Source: Antedon mediterranea
Lineage: Eukaryota > Animalia > Echinodermata
DNA: 64,000 bases
Direction: 5' to 3'
Assembly (NCBI RefSeq): GCF_964355755.1
Contig: NC_092675.1
Span: forward strand, 19,502,912 to 19,566,911
Shown here: positions 23,308 to 36,100 of the stretch, in pieces
Position numbering within the stretch: position 1 is the first letter of the stretch
How the letters are laid out: every line of letters starts with the position of its first letter
Translations under genes and position numbers: made by a program
Notes under the pieces: generated by a model
Database searches by the model: none
Seen by the model: the letters and a program-made list of their open reading frames with translations, nothing else
Told to the model about the DNA's origin: nothing

Positions 23308-23927
23308 AGCTCAGGTACAGGCATGAATTTTAAATATAATATTTGGTCAATTGTACATAAATCAAATATTTGTAACAGAAATCGAGACAAAAAAACATGA
23401 ATTTCCCTTAATATGGTCAAATCCAAAATTTGGCAAAATTCTTCCATAAAAACCAGAAAGACTTTTTTTCAGTAGTTAGGTAGTTAACCTAATGTAATAA
23501 CATGTCTGATGACTCCCTAGACGGTGAAAAAAAATGGTGGATATACAGTGGATAACTTTTGCTATAGCATGAAATGAAAATAAAAATCTGAAATTGAATA
23601 AAAATATCAGAAATGTAATATTCAAGTTATATTACCTATATTTAGTCATCTGATAACATTTTTTACCACACCGTTTATTTTTCATAGCTTTTTAAAATGC
23701 CTCTCTATTTACAAAATTTGTGTACAAAAGAATAGAGATTTTACTGTGTAATTTGAACTATCCCCCCACTGATAAGAAAGTGCTTATTTTCAACAGGGAT
23801 TTGTTTTACAACTCCCTGTTTTCAACAAGCTCGTGTAACACAAATAAAAACATTCCATAGGGGAAACTAAAGATCGATAATTATTGGAATGTATGATCAA
23901 TAGAAATTTTTTGCCCGCACCTGGCCT
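23308..23927. mobile_element. Kolobok-like non-autonomous element
   Basis: TTAA flanks at 23304-23307 and 23928-23931; imperfect TIRs AGCTCAGGTACAGGCA / TGCCCGCACCTGGCCT. Confidence 0.7.
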
Positions 23928-24190
23928 TTAAAGTTGTTTAACATATTTGAGCTCCATCCACACTCATGTTTCTTATTTGACCTCCATCCACACTCATGTT
24001 TCTTTTAATCTAATTAATTAATCTATGTTTTATTAGAATGTACAACTGTATTATTTGATGTGTGTGGACAATTTAATAAAACAAACAAACTACAGTATTT
24101 AGACTTCCAGAATGGTACATTTGTTTCAAGTTTTTACCATTGTACTGTACTATTAAAAATGAATTTTAAATGAATAAATGTCTTACATAT

Positions 24191-27100
24191 TTACAATGTT
24201 GAGTCATCATCATCAACATTATATTCCAATTCTTCTATCTTCAGATCGTCCTCTTTTTCTGTTTGATAAAAGTTCTGGTTTTCGATGTCATCAACACACC
24301 CGTGAACAATTCTTACACATGACGTTGTAGTCACAGTAGTTTCATGTCGAGGTTGCGCGATGGGTGGTGTTGAATGCATAGATGTGTTAAAGTTACGTGA
24401 ATCTCGATGCGCCCTTCGTGATTTTCTGTGAGAATGCCGTCTTGAGGACCGTCTTGTCTGTTGAGAAAATTGAAAAATATTTAATTGAAGAATAATAAAA
24501 ACCTGCTGTTAAATTGTACAAAAGCTAAAAATGAGAAAATAAATATTTAATATTATTAACTTACTCTGTAATCCTTCGGCAACCTGTTTTCCACCACTAC
24601 TTCTGGTCGTAAAATTTCAACGTGCTCTTCATGCATCTGCCGCCGTCTATTATCACGCATTCCAGACACGGACATACCGGTGAAGTCACGGTTTTTATCA
24701 TATTGACGTGTGATGTAATTGTGTTCTGGCACTGGCGATGGTGGAGGGGATGGAGTGCTTAGTCTTGTGGCTTGGTGGTGCGGTCGAACCTCAGCATCAG
24801 GTCCTATTATAGATAATATGACTGGGAAAAGCACAAGTCCATTCAACAGGCCAATAACCACAAGTGCTGACATGACTTCGAAAAAGTACCTATAAAATAC
24901 AAAGAAATAACCAATAATGATTAATTGATGAATATTAGTATGTATAACATATATATTACAGTATTATCAATTATAAAGGTGATCATCAACCGGAATACAG
25001 TAATAAAAACTAAAAAATCATAATTGTCCAAATTCCATACTTTTTAATTATACCAAATCAATTGCATATTAAATTACCTCTGCATGAATTGGTATGCTTT
25101 GAAATAAAAGTAAAAATGTCATCATAGTTATGATAGGATGTTGGAGAAAATCCAGATACAAGGGTATAACCTGACAATTTCAGTAAACACTGAAGAATCT
25201 TATTTTCTAAATAAACAAAGCCTGAAGCCAAATTCCACAGCTTCTATGCTACTGATGTGAGCATACATAGACAGAAAACACTACACAACAGCCATCAGCC
25301 AAAGAACGTTTTCTTAGCAAATTGCCTGCTTCGGGATGCTTCACTAATTGCTAAAAAATCACGAAGCATTCTACTCTTTTTTATGTAAACGCTAAAAGTG
25401 TAGCTAAAGGGTGTAATAAGATTTGTCAAATTTCCATCAATGTAAAATCTGATGTGGTTTACAAAATGGAAAGGATTTTATGCATGTGCATTCACATTAA
25501 AAGGAGGTCAGGTCCTAGGCCTTGTTAACGGCGGGTCAGAGGTTAAGGCGTTTCTTTTATGCAGGTCACGATTCAGCAGGCGTTAAATCAGTTTCATTTG
25601 AAGATATGACAGATAGATTTATTCATTGTTAACAAAAAGAATTTACACACATCAACACAAAAGCAAACAAAATCTTGTATAAATAAACTTTTCCTACATC
25701 TGCGACATACTCATAAATCTACACATTTTTATATACTTTTTTTTTTTCCAAACAGAAGCATAGGCCATCATCAAATAAAGGCTGCCGGTGACAAGTGGTC
25801 TTGTGTGTCCTGCTAACTACAACAATATATCCATTTTTAAAGAAAATGTATATTAAGGGTACAGTAGTATTAAGATTAACAAGTTTTGACTAAAAATAGA
25901 TCTCTGCAGGCGCCGAGGTTCCTTGTGAAAAATTAATATCAGGGAACTATTATATAAATGCTAATAATTATTAAGGCAAGCTACAACTAAACATAATAAA
26001 ATACATAAAACAACAAATACATTAAAATCTTAAATATATTATTATATTAAATATATAAAATAATATTGCTTACATCACAACAATTTCAAAATCTGAACGG
26101 GCAAGCAGAACAACACCTAGCAAAGTTGAAATACCGCCATCAAGAACTGGAGAGAAAGTACTTGCCAATGCCATGGAAACGCGTCGATCATGATCTCCAA
26201 TTGAAGTCAGAAAAGCCTACAAAAGATTTAACAAAAAGACTTAATATTGATGCAAATATGAGAAATAATTGATAGAAAATAATGATTAGTATACAGAGCA
26301 AGAAATAATTCTCTAAATTGTGACTCTATGATAACAGAAATCTCTGTTAAAATTATTTAATTTCCCCATCGTATACATTTGAAATACTAAAACCACACCA
26401 AGTAATATTGTAATCCACAAAAGAAAACAGAACAACGAGAAAACCATCTTCACTTAACTTATCATACCTGTCGTCAACACACTCATCAAACCCTATATCA
26501 ACAACAACCACTCAAACTGAAGACAAAAACGATGATCTCAACATAGTTTGCAGAATCTAACCAAAGTAAACAAAATGAACTTACATAGAGTGTGTGTACA
26601 GTGAACTCTACTCCAAATCCGACTGATATTATGAGTGTTACTGCAGGGATGGCGCTCATCTTTACGCCAATGAAGCCCATAAAACCAAACAGTTCTACCG
26701 TAATCATTAAAAGTACCAAGACCTAAGATATAGAAAGGAATTATTAAATTATGTATTAAATATAAAAAGAAGACTCAAGTGGTCTTAATCTTCCAAAAAT
26801 GAGATACCATGATTAAATTTTACTATTTATTTTATATGCAAAATCATACTTTGAATAAATAAAATAAGTTTAACTTACCAGAAGAAATGCAGCCCATGGA
26901 TTGAAGAGAAGCACACCTATGATGATGAAAGTTGATGTAAACACACACACGAGCGATAACAACAGGTAGTGACGAAGCTTGATGTACTGCTCCCAGAATG
27001 TGAAAGGAATACCACTTGGATAATTAGGAATTCCCTTTGCGGCATAACGTTCAGATATGTTGCGTACCTCTTTTATCAGGCGAATGTAATCTTCTGTAGT

Positions 27101-30100
27101 GTAGACATCATGAACGTAGAAAGGCAACTGTGTGTAGTTCAATTCTTTGGCAGCAGCAACTAAAAACATAAAATATTAAAATAAATAATTTGTAACAAAT
27201 CATTCTCTGCATCATCTTATTTTTTTATTATTTTAAAAATATTTCATGGACTCTTTTTTGTGTAAAGCGCTTAGAAACATTTGTATTCTGACATTGCTAT
27301 ATAAGAGTAAGACAACCATTATCATCATTTTATTTGTAAAGGCATTTAAAGTTAAATTGGAAGCTGCATGTACAAACATAAGACTCATAGTCTAGTAATT
27401 TTTGCAGCCATGATCAATATCAGATACCAATTCAATATATAAATAAAAACAACAAAATCTACACAAACATACCATTTGATTTACAATATTTTTCAAGCGT
27501 ATGAGATGCAATTGGTGGAACAGATGGATGAATTGCTCCTTGAGACACTTCATACGACATCGCATCTATGTTAACCCACGCTGTCAGATAGTTGTAGAAA
27601 GCTTTTGGGTTGATTATACCTTCACTGTCCACCAACCGTTGAGTATGAAACTAATAAGTATAAAAGTATTACCTCATTATCATCTGCTTTAGTTGACTGT
27701 ATATTTGTAAAGATTAATCAATGGTTAACTACAGTAGTAGTATTATAGACTCGGAGGGTGTGAAGACATCTACTAAGCCGCGTCTATACTATCTAACTTT
27801 ATGTGACAAAATGTGGACATGATGATATATCACTACAATATTTGGGCATACCACTACCATTTTTGGGCACATCACACGTTTTTTGTCAAACTAGTTTGAT
27901 AATGTAGACAGAGCTTAAGGATTTACCAACAGCATGCAATAAGGAGCTTTTTATTTGGAGATGAGCAAGGATATACACATAATGTGTATATCATTGCTAT
28001 GTAAATGGGATCAGATGGTCAACCCAGAGTTAGGAACATCGCACAACACTTGCCCATGTAATTGAAGATGGCTTCCTTACAATATTACTAACTTTATGAA
28101 TAATTTTGTCAATTTCATTTTATTTAACTGTACTGTTTCTACTGTAGTTTCCAAAAAAATCAAAAGCTCCTATTGCATTTGTCAGTAGTGTCTGCTTTTT
28201 GGTTTATATACAGTTTAGTACATTATGTATTTACCAGATCTGTATTTATAGGTCTCAGTACTTCTCCTGTTTGTATTATGAGGTTGTATCCTATCATTCC
28301 TTTGTCTGAAGCTGTGACATGACACCCATCTTGTGTCAATGTCCCATTTGCTTTATTCATATCAAAAGCTTCTTGGATATCTAAACATCAATAATAGAAA
28401 TTAAATCATCTTTATTCATCATATTGTATAAACAGTGTGACATTAATTAAGTTCATCCATGTACATTTACTGTTACATAGCCTTCTGGACTAAGAAAAGT
28501 AAATATTTTCTACAATTCAGTAATATGTATTCTCAATCTTTAACATTATTTTAAACAAATACTGTACTGTACTTTCTAGTAACATAAACTTGAAATAGTA
28601 GTTTTTGACTGAACTTGCGGAAAGTGTGAGAACTTCCTTATCTTCTGGGTTTTAATTTAGTACATAATTTACTAACTTAATTATAATTTATGGGCTGTTC
28701 GTCACACAGAAAAATTTAAAAATACTAATAATAAACTAAAATAGAAAAGTAATACTGAATGTAAACTATACTCACGCAATAACCATTCTCTGAAATAATC
28801 CAACCAAAACTTAGGTAAAGATCCATCTGCATTTTTAATGATTTCTGGTATATTGCGAAACTCTTGGTGGTATTCGTAAAGCAACTTCTGATTGTTCGGG
28901 TAGTCAAAATCACCCATTGTTACTGCATAAATGTCATAATAACTAAAATATTTCAGCCTAGACTGTAGAAAGTCTTGTTCCCTTGTTCCAGTAGGAACGA
29001 CATCTGTCAAATCAAGCCCGTCTTCGACCTGCATGACTCCAAATACGCTGACGCCAAGAAAACCAGCAAATATCAATATTACAAAAGCCTGAAAACAAAT
29101 GATTTACAAGTATTATTTGGTATCGTAAGTACCTCTTAAGACTTAGGGTAGGAATCAACCCTTATTATTGCAAATAAGGAGTGTATATGAAAGCTTGTGA
29201 CATTGAATATATTTAGGAGAATAAAGCAATAACAGTATGCATACAGTAGTTTTGCGCTGAAAAGTTAATGAGCTACAACATTTCAGACAAGGGGTAGTAC
29301 GTTTGGTGGAAGGTATTAAGTGACTTTTAGACTGGCTAAACAAATTTAGTATTGGTGAAAAAGTATACGCTGGTTAACCTGTACAACATAAATGATTATA
29401 AATGTTAACAAAAAGACAGAAATGGTAAACTCAAACAGTACTATTACTGGAGTAACAATAAATAGTTCAATTTCCCATGTGTAAAATCTATTAAATAATT
29501 CTCACCTTTACAAATTTATTCATTAGAAATGGTGCATAATATTTCTTGACAAATCCAGACAATGACCACTGCCAACATTTAAATTTCTTCCTGTTATCTC
29601 TCCAACAAGCGACATGCTCATTTACAGAGTCCTGTCTTAATAAAGTCCTTGTGGAGGAAGAACGCACTCCTGTGCGCATGTTAGAAGAATCACGACCATC
29701 TGGTGTAGTCGTGCATGTCATCGTAGTTGATGGCTGAACAACAGTGACACAGTGGTCAGATACATTGTCACCAATATGGGTGACGGTCTCCACGGTTGAG
29801 TGAAGCGTTATACGCGTTTCCATTGGAGTTTGCTGGTTACGTCTATTCCTGTTTAAGTCTGGGCTATCTGATATTGGGGATGGTTGAATTGTGACAACTC
29901 TATTTGCACTTGAACTGTAAAAACCAATAATGAAACACTTAGGGGTAAACATTAAATGGGTATAAGAAATATTGGTAATTAGTTCCTAAACTTGACCCAG
30001 TTTCATGGTCATGCAACGTAATTATATTAAGATTAGTACGATATATTTGGAACACATTCTTTTTTAGAAGAGAAATTATCCTAATTAAAGCGGCAATAGA

Positions 30101-33100
30101 TTTCTTAATTTCATAATAAAGCAGATAAATCTATTAAAAAGTTTAATTTTAATTTACTAATTTATAAATAAACATATAGCTCAATTTTACCAATTTAGAC
30201 ATTATCTTCGTATTACCGTAATAGATTGGTATAAATTGTTTCTATGTATAGACTGGTGGTATATCAATTTTGTCACTGTATAGATAATAAATGACGAGTT
30301 TAATAGCATTTAATATTATATTAAATAGAGTTTAGCTTAACGGCTTACCTTGTGAGACAGCAGAAGATATCTACCCGTTTTTTATCTCTTCTATCTAAGT
30401 CTACGGCTAATATTGCAGGGAAGATGAGGATGACTGATAAAAAGTTGAAAACTACTATGATTGCAAACTGGAAAAGAAAGAACATCCATTATATCAATAT
30501 TTGAAAATGGAATATACTGTACATAATTTTAATAATAGAATTCTAAATTAATATGCTGAAAGTTTAAAAAAATAAACAGTAGGATTCTAAAAACAATTAT
30601 TAATAACAATATTATTATTCGAACAATACGATAATCAAAATTATGTTTGTTTTTCTTTTTAGTAAAAATACATTATCTTTAATTTGTTAAGTTACATATA
30701 ATATTCTATTATCAACTGTAAAGTACACAATATTAGGTCATATGCAACCAAACAAAAGTTCTTTATTATTTCAATAAATTCTTGGATGATGTTTGGCATA
30801 TTGAAAAAGTGCATATCATAGATTTAATTTCTATATGATAATAAAATGAAGACATTCTTGTACAAGAGTGATGTGTGGCCATAATGTGAATTGCAATTTG
30901 ATCCTATCAAGTTAGCATTATCTGGCAAGGTTATGATCCAATGCACCCCAGGCCCTGAACTAGCATAACAATCATCAAGATTGGAACAGGCTATCTCTGT
31001 TAAATTTTCTTTAATGTAAAAAAAAAATGTCATGCATACACATGTATTCTGATTCTGGAATATATCACAGTGATGTAGCCACAAGAAATACATTTTTTTC
31101 AAGAAAAAAAGTTTACGTATTTTTTTTTTTTTAACATTCGTATTTAATGTTATATCTTGGGGTGGGTCAAACTTAAAGTCTTTCTGACTTATATGACCCC
31201 CCCCCCCCCCACATGGTTACTTCATTGTATTTATTATCCTGTATGTTATTGTGTATTGTGGAAATAAATTGAATCTCAGTTCAAGCCATTGTGTTGTCAC
31301 AGGCCTCTGTGAAAAAGTGGTCAACTTTCATTACTAGTAGATTATTTATTTTGTTTCCATTTCGTGGCCAATACATGTATGGGGTAAGTGAAAAAAACAT
31401 GAACAAATCTTACTTGAATACAAAGAGATCTAAGGGCTGGTATTGGAATTATAGCAGCTAGAAGAAATGCACCCATGTTGTTGAGTGATGTCATAAAGAC
31501 ACACACACCGGTCCTTTTCAGCAGTTCACCTGTTTTGATCTAGTAAGAAACAAAAATGAAAAATTAAAATACATTTTTTAATAATAGTACGTTACCATAT
31601 ATATCTAATTTATTTTATAATAAAGCACATAATTATGATAAAGGCTGGAAGACAAGTTTTTTTTTATAAGACACTTCTGAAGCAACTTACTACCGATAGA
31701 TGATAGTTCAGCACAAAGAAGTTTCTTCTAAACTTTTAAACACAGTCTAGTCTAAGCTTAGACATTTTTATTTTTTCTTCTGAACTACTGTATGACAAAC
31801 AATTTACTAACAACCAATTTATAATGCTTTTTTTTTTCTTTCAGCCATAGTTATATTAATTTAATTGGGATTTCATAAAAATGTTTCAAGTCAAGAAAGA
31901 CTTTTTCATCACTCTAAAATTTGAGAACTGCGAGGTTAATTAAATACATAAATATTTTCTGAGCTGATACCACCTGGGGAGTTGCAAAAAACTCTAGCAA
32001 TCACCTTATGAGTAAGTTGACTTACAAATATTTATACCAACACCCTATCAACATAAACAGCCTTTCACAGAAATCCTAACAACTTCAAGTTATTTATGAT
32101 AGTGCCTAGCTTTGTATATGTGAGTGCAACAGACATATAACAAACATAATGGGCTATATATAATATAAACAAACACAATAAAATACACAACATTCTTTTA
32201 GAGTTGGGAATCTGTGTATTCTTTCCCAAGATTTTTTTTATGGTTTAAACTTTTGTAAAAGACCCAGAAACATTTTTACACTAGTTAAAATGTATTATAT
32301 TGCCTATTTTTATCTGATCTCATTTTCATTCATTTCATATCTTCTTATCTTTTTCAGCTGCAATGTACTCTATAATATCATTTTTCAATGTGTATGTAAC
32401 CAAATTGTAAATTATCTTTCATTTTAACTGCATTTTATATTTTTCAAACAAATGTCATTTTATTTATTTTTAAATTAAATGCATTTTAAAATGAGTATAT
32501 AATAAAGGAAAGATTTTTTTTACAACTTTTATCAAAAACAAAAATGAAATATAAAATTCTCAATCAAAACAATAAAAAAAAAGTATAGGCTTTTATTAAT
32601 TACTTTTTAATATATACAGAATTTATTTCCACATAATTTGTAATATTTTTCCCAGGTACTGTACAGTATGTTCTTAACCGAGTTATTACAGTGGACTATT
32701 TTGGCTGCAAATAGTACATCTGAAATTGTAGGGGACGATACGATATTACTACAGCTGCTGCTACCAATAGGAAATAATAGCAGCACAAAGGGTGAAAGAA
32801 AACTGAGAACACAGCGTCATGTAGACCAGGAGAGCTCACAAACACTCAAACATATGGCCAGTTGGAGATATATATATATCCCCCTAATATGATTATCAAT
32901 AAATCAATTTAGTAAACCATTAAACCACAGTTCCTGAACTACTGAACTTAATTTTTATATAATAAATGGTATTTTGGTAAAAATATTTTATTATAGGATT
33001 GCATGTCTACTACATTACAGCTTGTGTTCGGTTTTCAAGAGTGCCTGTAGATATTTATGATTGGCCAATCAGAAAGCTCCTACAAAAGTTAGAAACTGAG

Positions 33101-36100
33101 AACCAATCAAACGCTTTGGTCTGTATGAGGTTGTGAAATTTGGCTGGATCCCATGCATAACTGGAGCATGCCAAATATTTAGACCACCCACTAAGATTTC
33201 CCTACTAGCTAAGAATATAATCTTGGGTGGTAGGTTGGCCAATTTTAGCTTTACATTTATGAAATCATTGCATGCTCAGTTCATTTTTGTTTGTGTTACT
33301 TATAAGTTATGATTGGCCTCTCTGGGCAACCTCAAAAATAGATGCATTTTGTTTGGTTTGATTATTTTACTAATATTCACAAATTGCAAAACTCCTCTAA
33401 ATACAAAATAATATGCCCAACATTTATTGATAAGTGACCTAAAATGGAAATTCTCTTTTGAGCTACTTAATTTATACAGTTGAATCATTCACAAGATATT
33501 AAAAATGGTTGGGATTGATAATTATTGGAAATCTATTGTGAGAACCTACTATTTTAAATAGGTTACACAATAATTATTTAAATGTTCACAAAATTGTTAC
33601 AGAGTAAAGTATAATTTTATAAAGTTGTTAGCACTACATTTTAAAAATTAACTCTATACTTTTTATATCTTGCTTAAAATCAATTAATATTTATTATAAA
33701 CTATTTTAAACATTAATCAACAAATATTTTTTCTTAATATAGTAAGATTAAGAATCTGCTTAATAAATTTGTTTTGAAATAAAAGTAGGCTATAATTAGT
33801 TTGATTTCAAATAAATTGATTATCTTATTACTCAAGTTTGTTAAATTGTACGTTAACATGTTTTATTTTAAATATTAACTGAGTTTGTTGTCATAATTTA
33901 CCAATTTTTTAAATGAAAATTAATTTATAAAGTTTTGTTAATATCGATAGATTATCAAATTTATTATTACCATTATCGATTTTTAGGTAAATGGGTTAGG
34001 GTTTGTTGTTTATTCTTTTATTCAATTCAAAAATGTTAATTTATCAAATTGTGTTGTTGGCAAATATCCTTGAAGATGAAGCATAAGTTGATATGGTAGG
34101 CACCATCTGCCATTAGCAATCAACACTACACACAATTCAATAAGACCATGCCTGCCAGTTGCCTTATTATAGACCCCACCTTGAGGCGGCATCAGACTCA
34201 TTTTAATATAGTTAGAGCACAGTATTAGTCTACAGGCAATAGTATACCACTTTAGTAATCATGTCTTATAATATCATGCAACTCTCTATGTGAACGCTAT
34301 AAAATTGCGGATATAAAAAACAGACTATTATATAATTAGTTTTTAAATAAATTCTTTTCAATTGTCAAAAAGTTACAATAAAATATTACAGTGGGAATGG
34401 GACAACCAAGCAATGTACCGAATCATGTCATCTAAATACAATTATGTCATATGTTTTAATTTTATGAATCCAAATATAGATTGTTTATATATTAATTGGC
34501 TAGGCACACTACTACACCATTTTTAATACTGTTTGGAGCCATTTTTGCCAGTAAATGACAGGCTTTTGGAGAACACTGGATGACAGATACTGTACCATTT
34601 AGAAAAGTATAACATCCATTTTAAAATTAAAATATCAAAACTATAATTTATATTAAAATTATAAGAATATTTTTTTAAATAGACCACACACTATAAAAGC
34701 TGGTGATTAAAAAAAATTGAAAAAAAGCACAAGTGTTAGCATACTAGACTTAATTTCACACTTGATTGGTAACTATGTTTCTAGGGGATTAAATGTTCAA
34801 ATTCATGGGTCATAGTAGCATACAGATAATGCCAGTTTAGCACAAAGAATTTTCTTGTAAACTTCATTATAAGAAAAACCAAAAGAGTCATGCACATGTA
34901 CACTGTCAAGCAACCAAGTATAATTTGCATACTATTATACACAAGATGCATACTTTGAAAACTTTTCAATGGCAAAGAATGACATTATAAAGACTTTACA
35001 ACAATTTCTGTCGATTTCAATCGTCCAACTATTTGCAAATCGTCAAACTATTTGCGTCATATCAAAATGAGGCCTTTCTCATAAATAAACTGTTTTTAGT
35101 TTTTATTGAACACATAATGAGCTTATATTAATGGTGAAATAAATACTGTATACCCGACTGTATAAGAATATATAAAGCACATAAGGCTTACCAGGGTGGG
35201 CATTTCTGCTGGTAGTGATGCTGAGGAGTGCACAAGTAGAAACATATCATCAACTCCTAACCCCAATGCTAAAAATGGAAGCACCTGAAAAATATATTAA
35301 CATTTAAAGATTAATCATAAACATAAATAAATTATGAAAAATGAATTTGACAGGTAGTTCATAAATTGAATTAATTTGTAGTAATAATGTTGATCAAATA
35401 TCCTGATGAAATCAAACTAGCCAACATCAATCCTCCGAGAAACAAGTCAATCATGACAAATGTCACATGACGACATTTATGGTGAAGGAAACTGACAAGC
35501 TAGCCAATTATCAAGCAGGTAAAAAATGAGTTTTATATGCACTCTTTACTCATGTTACACTGTCTATACTCCCTTGGGTACAATGTCCTATCAAATGACA
35601 CTGCCCACCATAGCTGTCCCTCTACAACCTTGCTACTCTTGTCCCCATTTGTGTAAGTTCACAGTCAAAGCTATGTGTTTCATTGTCTGTACTTTCATAA
35701 ATAAAGGTTTGCCCCTACTTTGCACCAGCTAATAACATTTTCACAATTTATTACATGTAACACAGTGACATATATTTATTTCAATGGTAAGGGAAAAATA
35801 AAGAATGATAAAGTACCAAACTTCTTGTGAACAAGTATTTTATACTTTGAAATATATCACTACAATTTATGGCCCAGTCTATGGCACATTCTGGGAGAGG
35901 GAAATTAAAGTGGCAATTAGAGGTAAAGAACAGAACAATAATTTTACCATACAACTTTAGGTTTATGTAAAAGGTGTCAAGTTCTTATTAAAATTAATAA
36001 CAATAAATTTTACGTATCAAATTACAATTACACAAGTCTACCTATATGCATATAATGTGTTATGCACGTACACCTCATTTAAATGTGGTCTATTGAAACT

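Noticed and set aside
30780-31275. Possible decayed LINE 3' end (similar patches near 12900-13180 and 60400-60930)
   Set aside because: Too degenerate to delimit or classify by eye.
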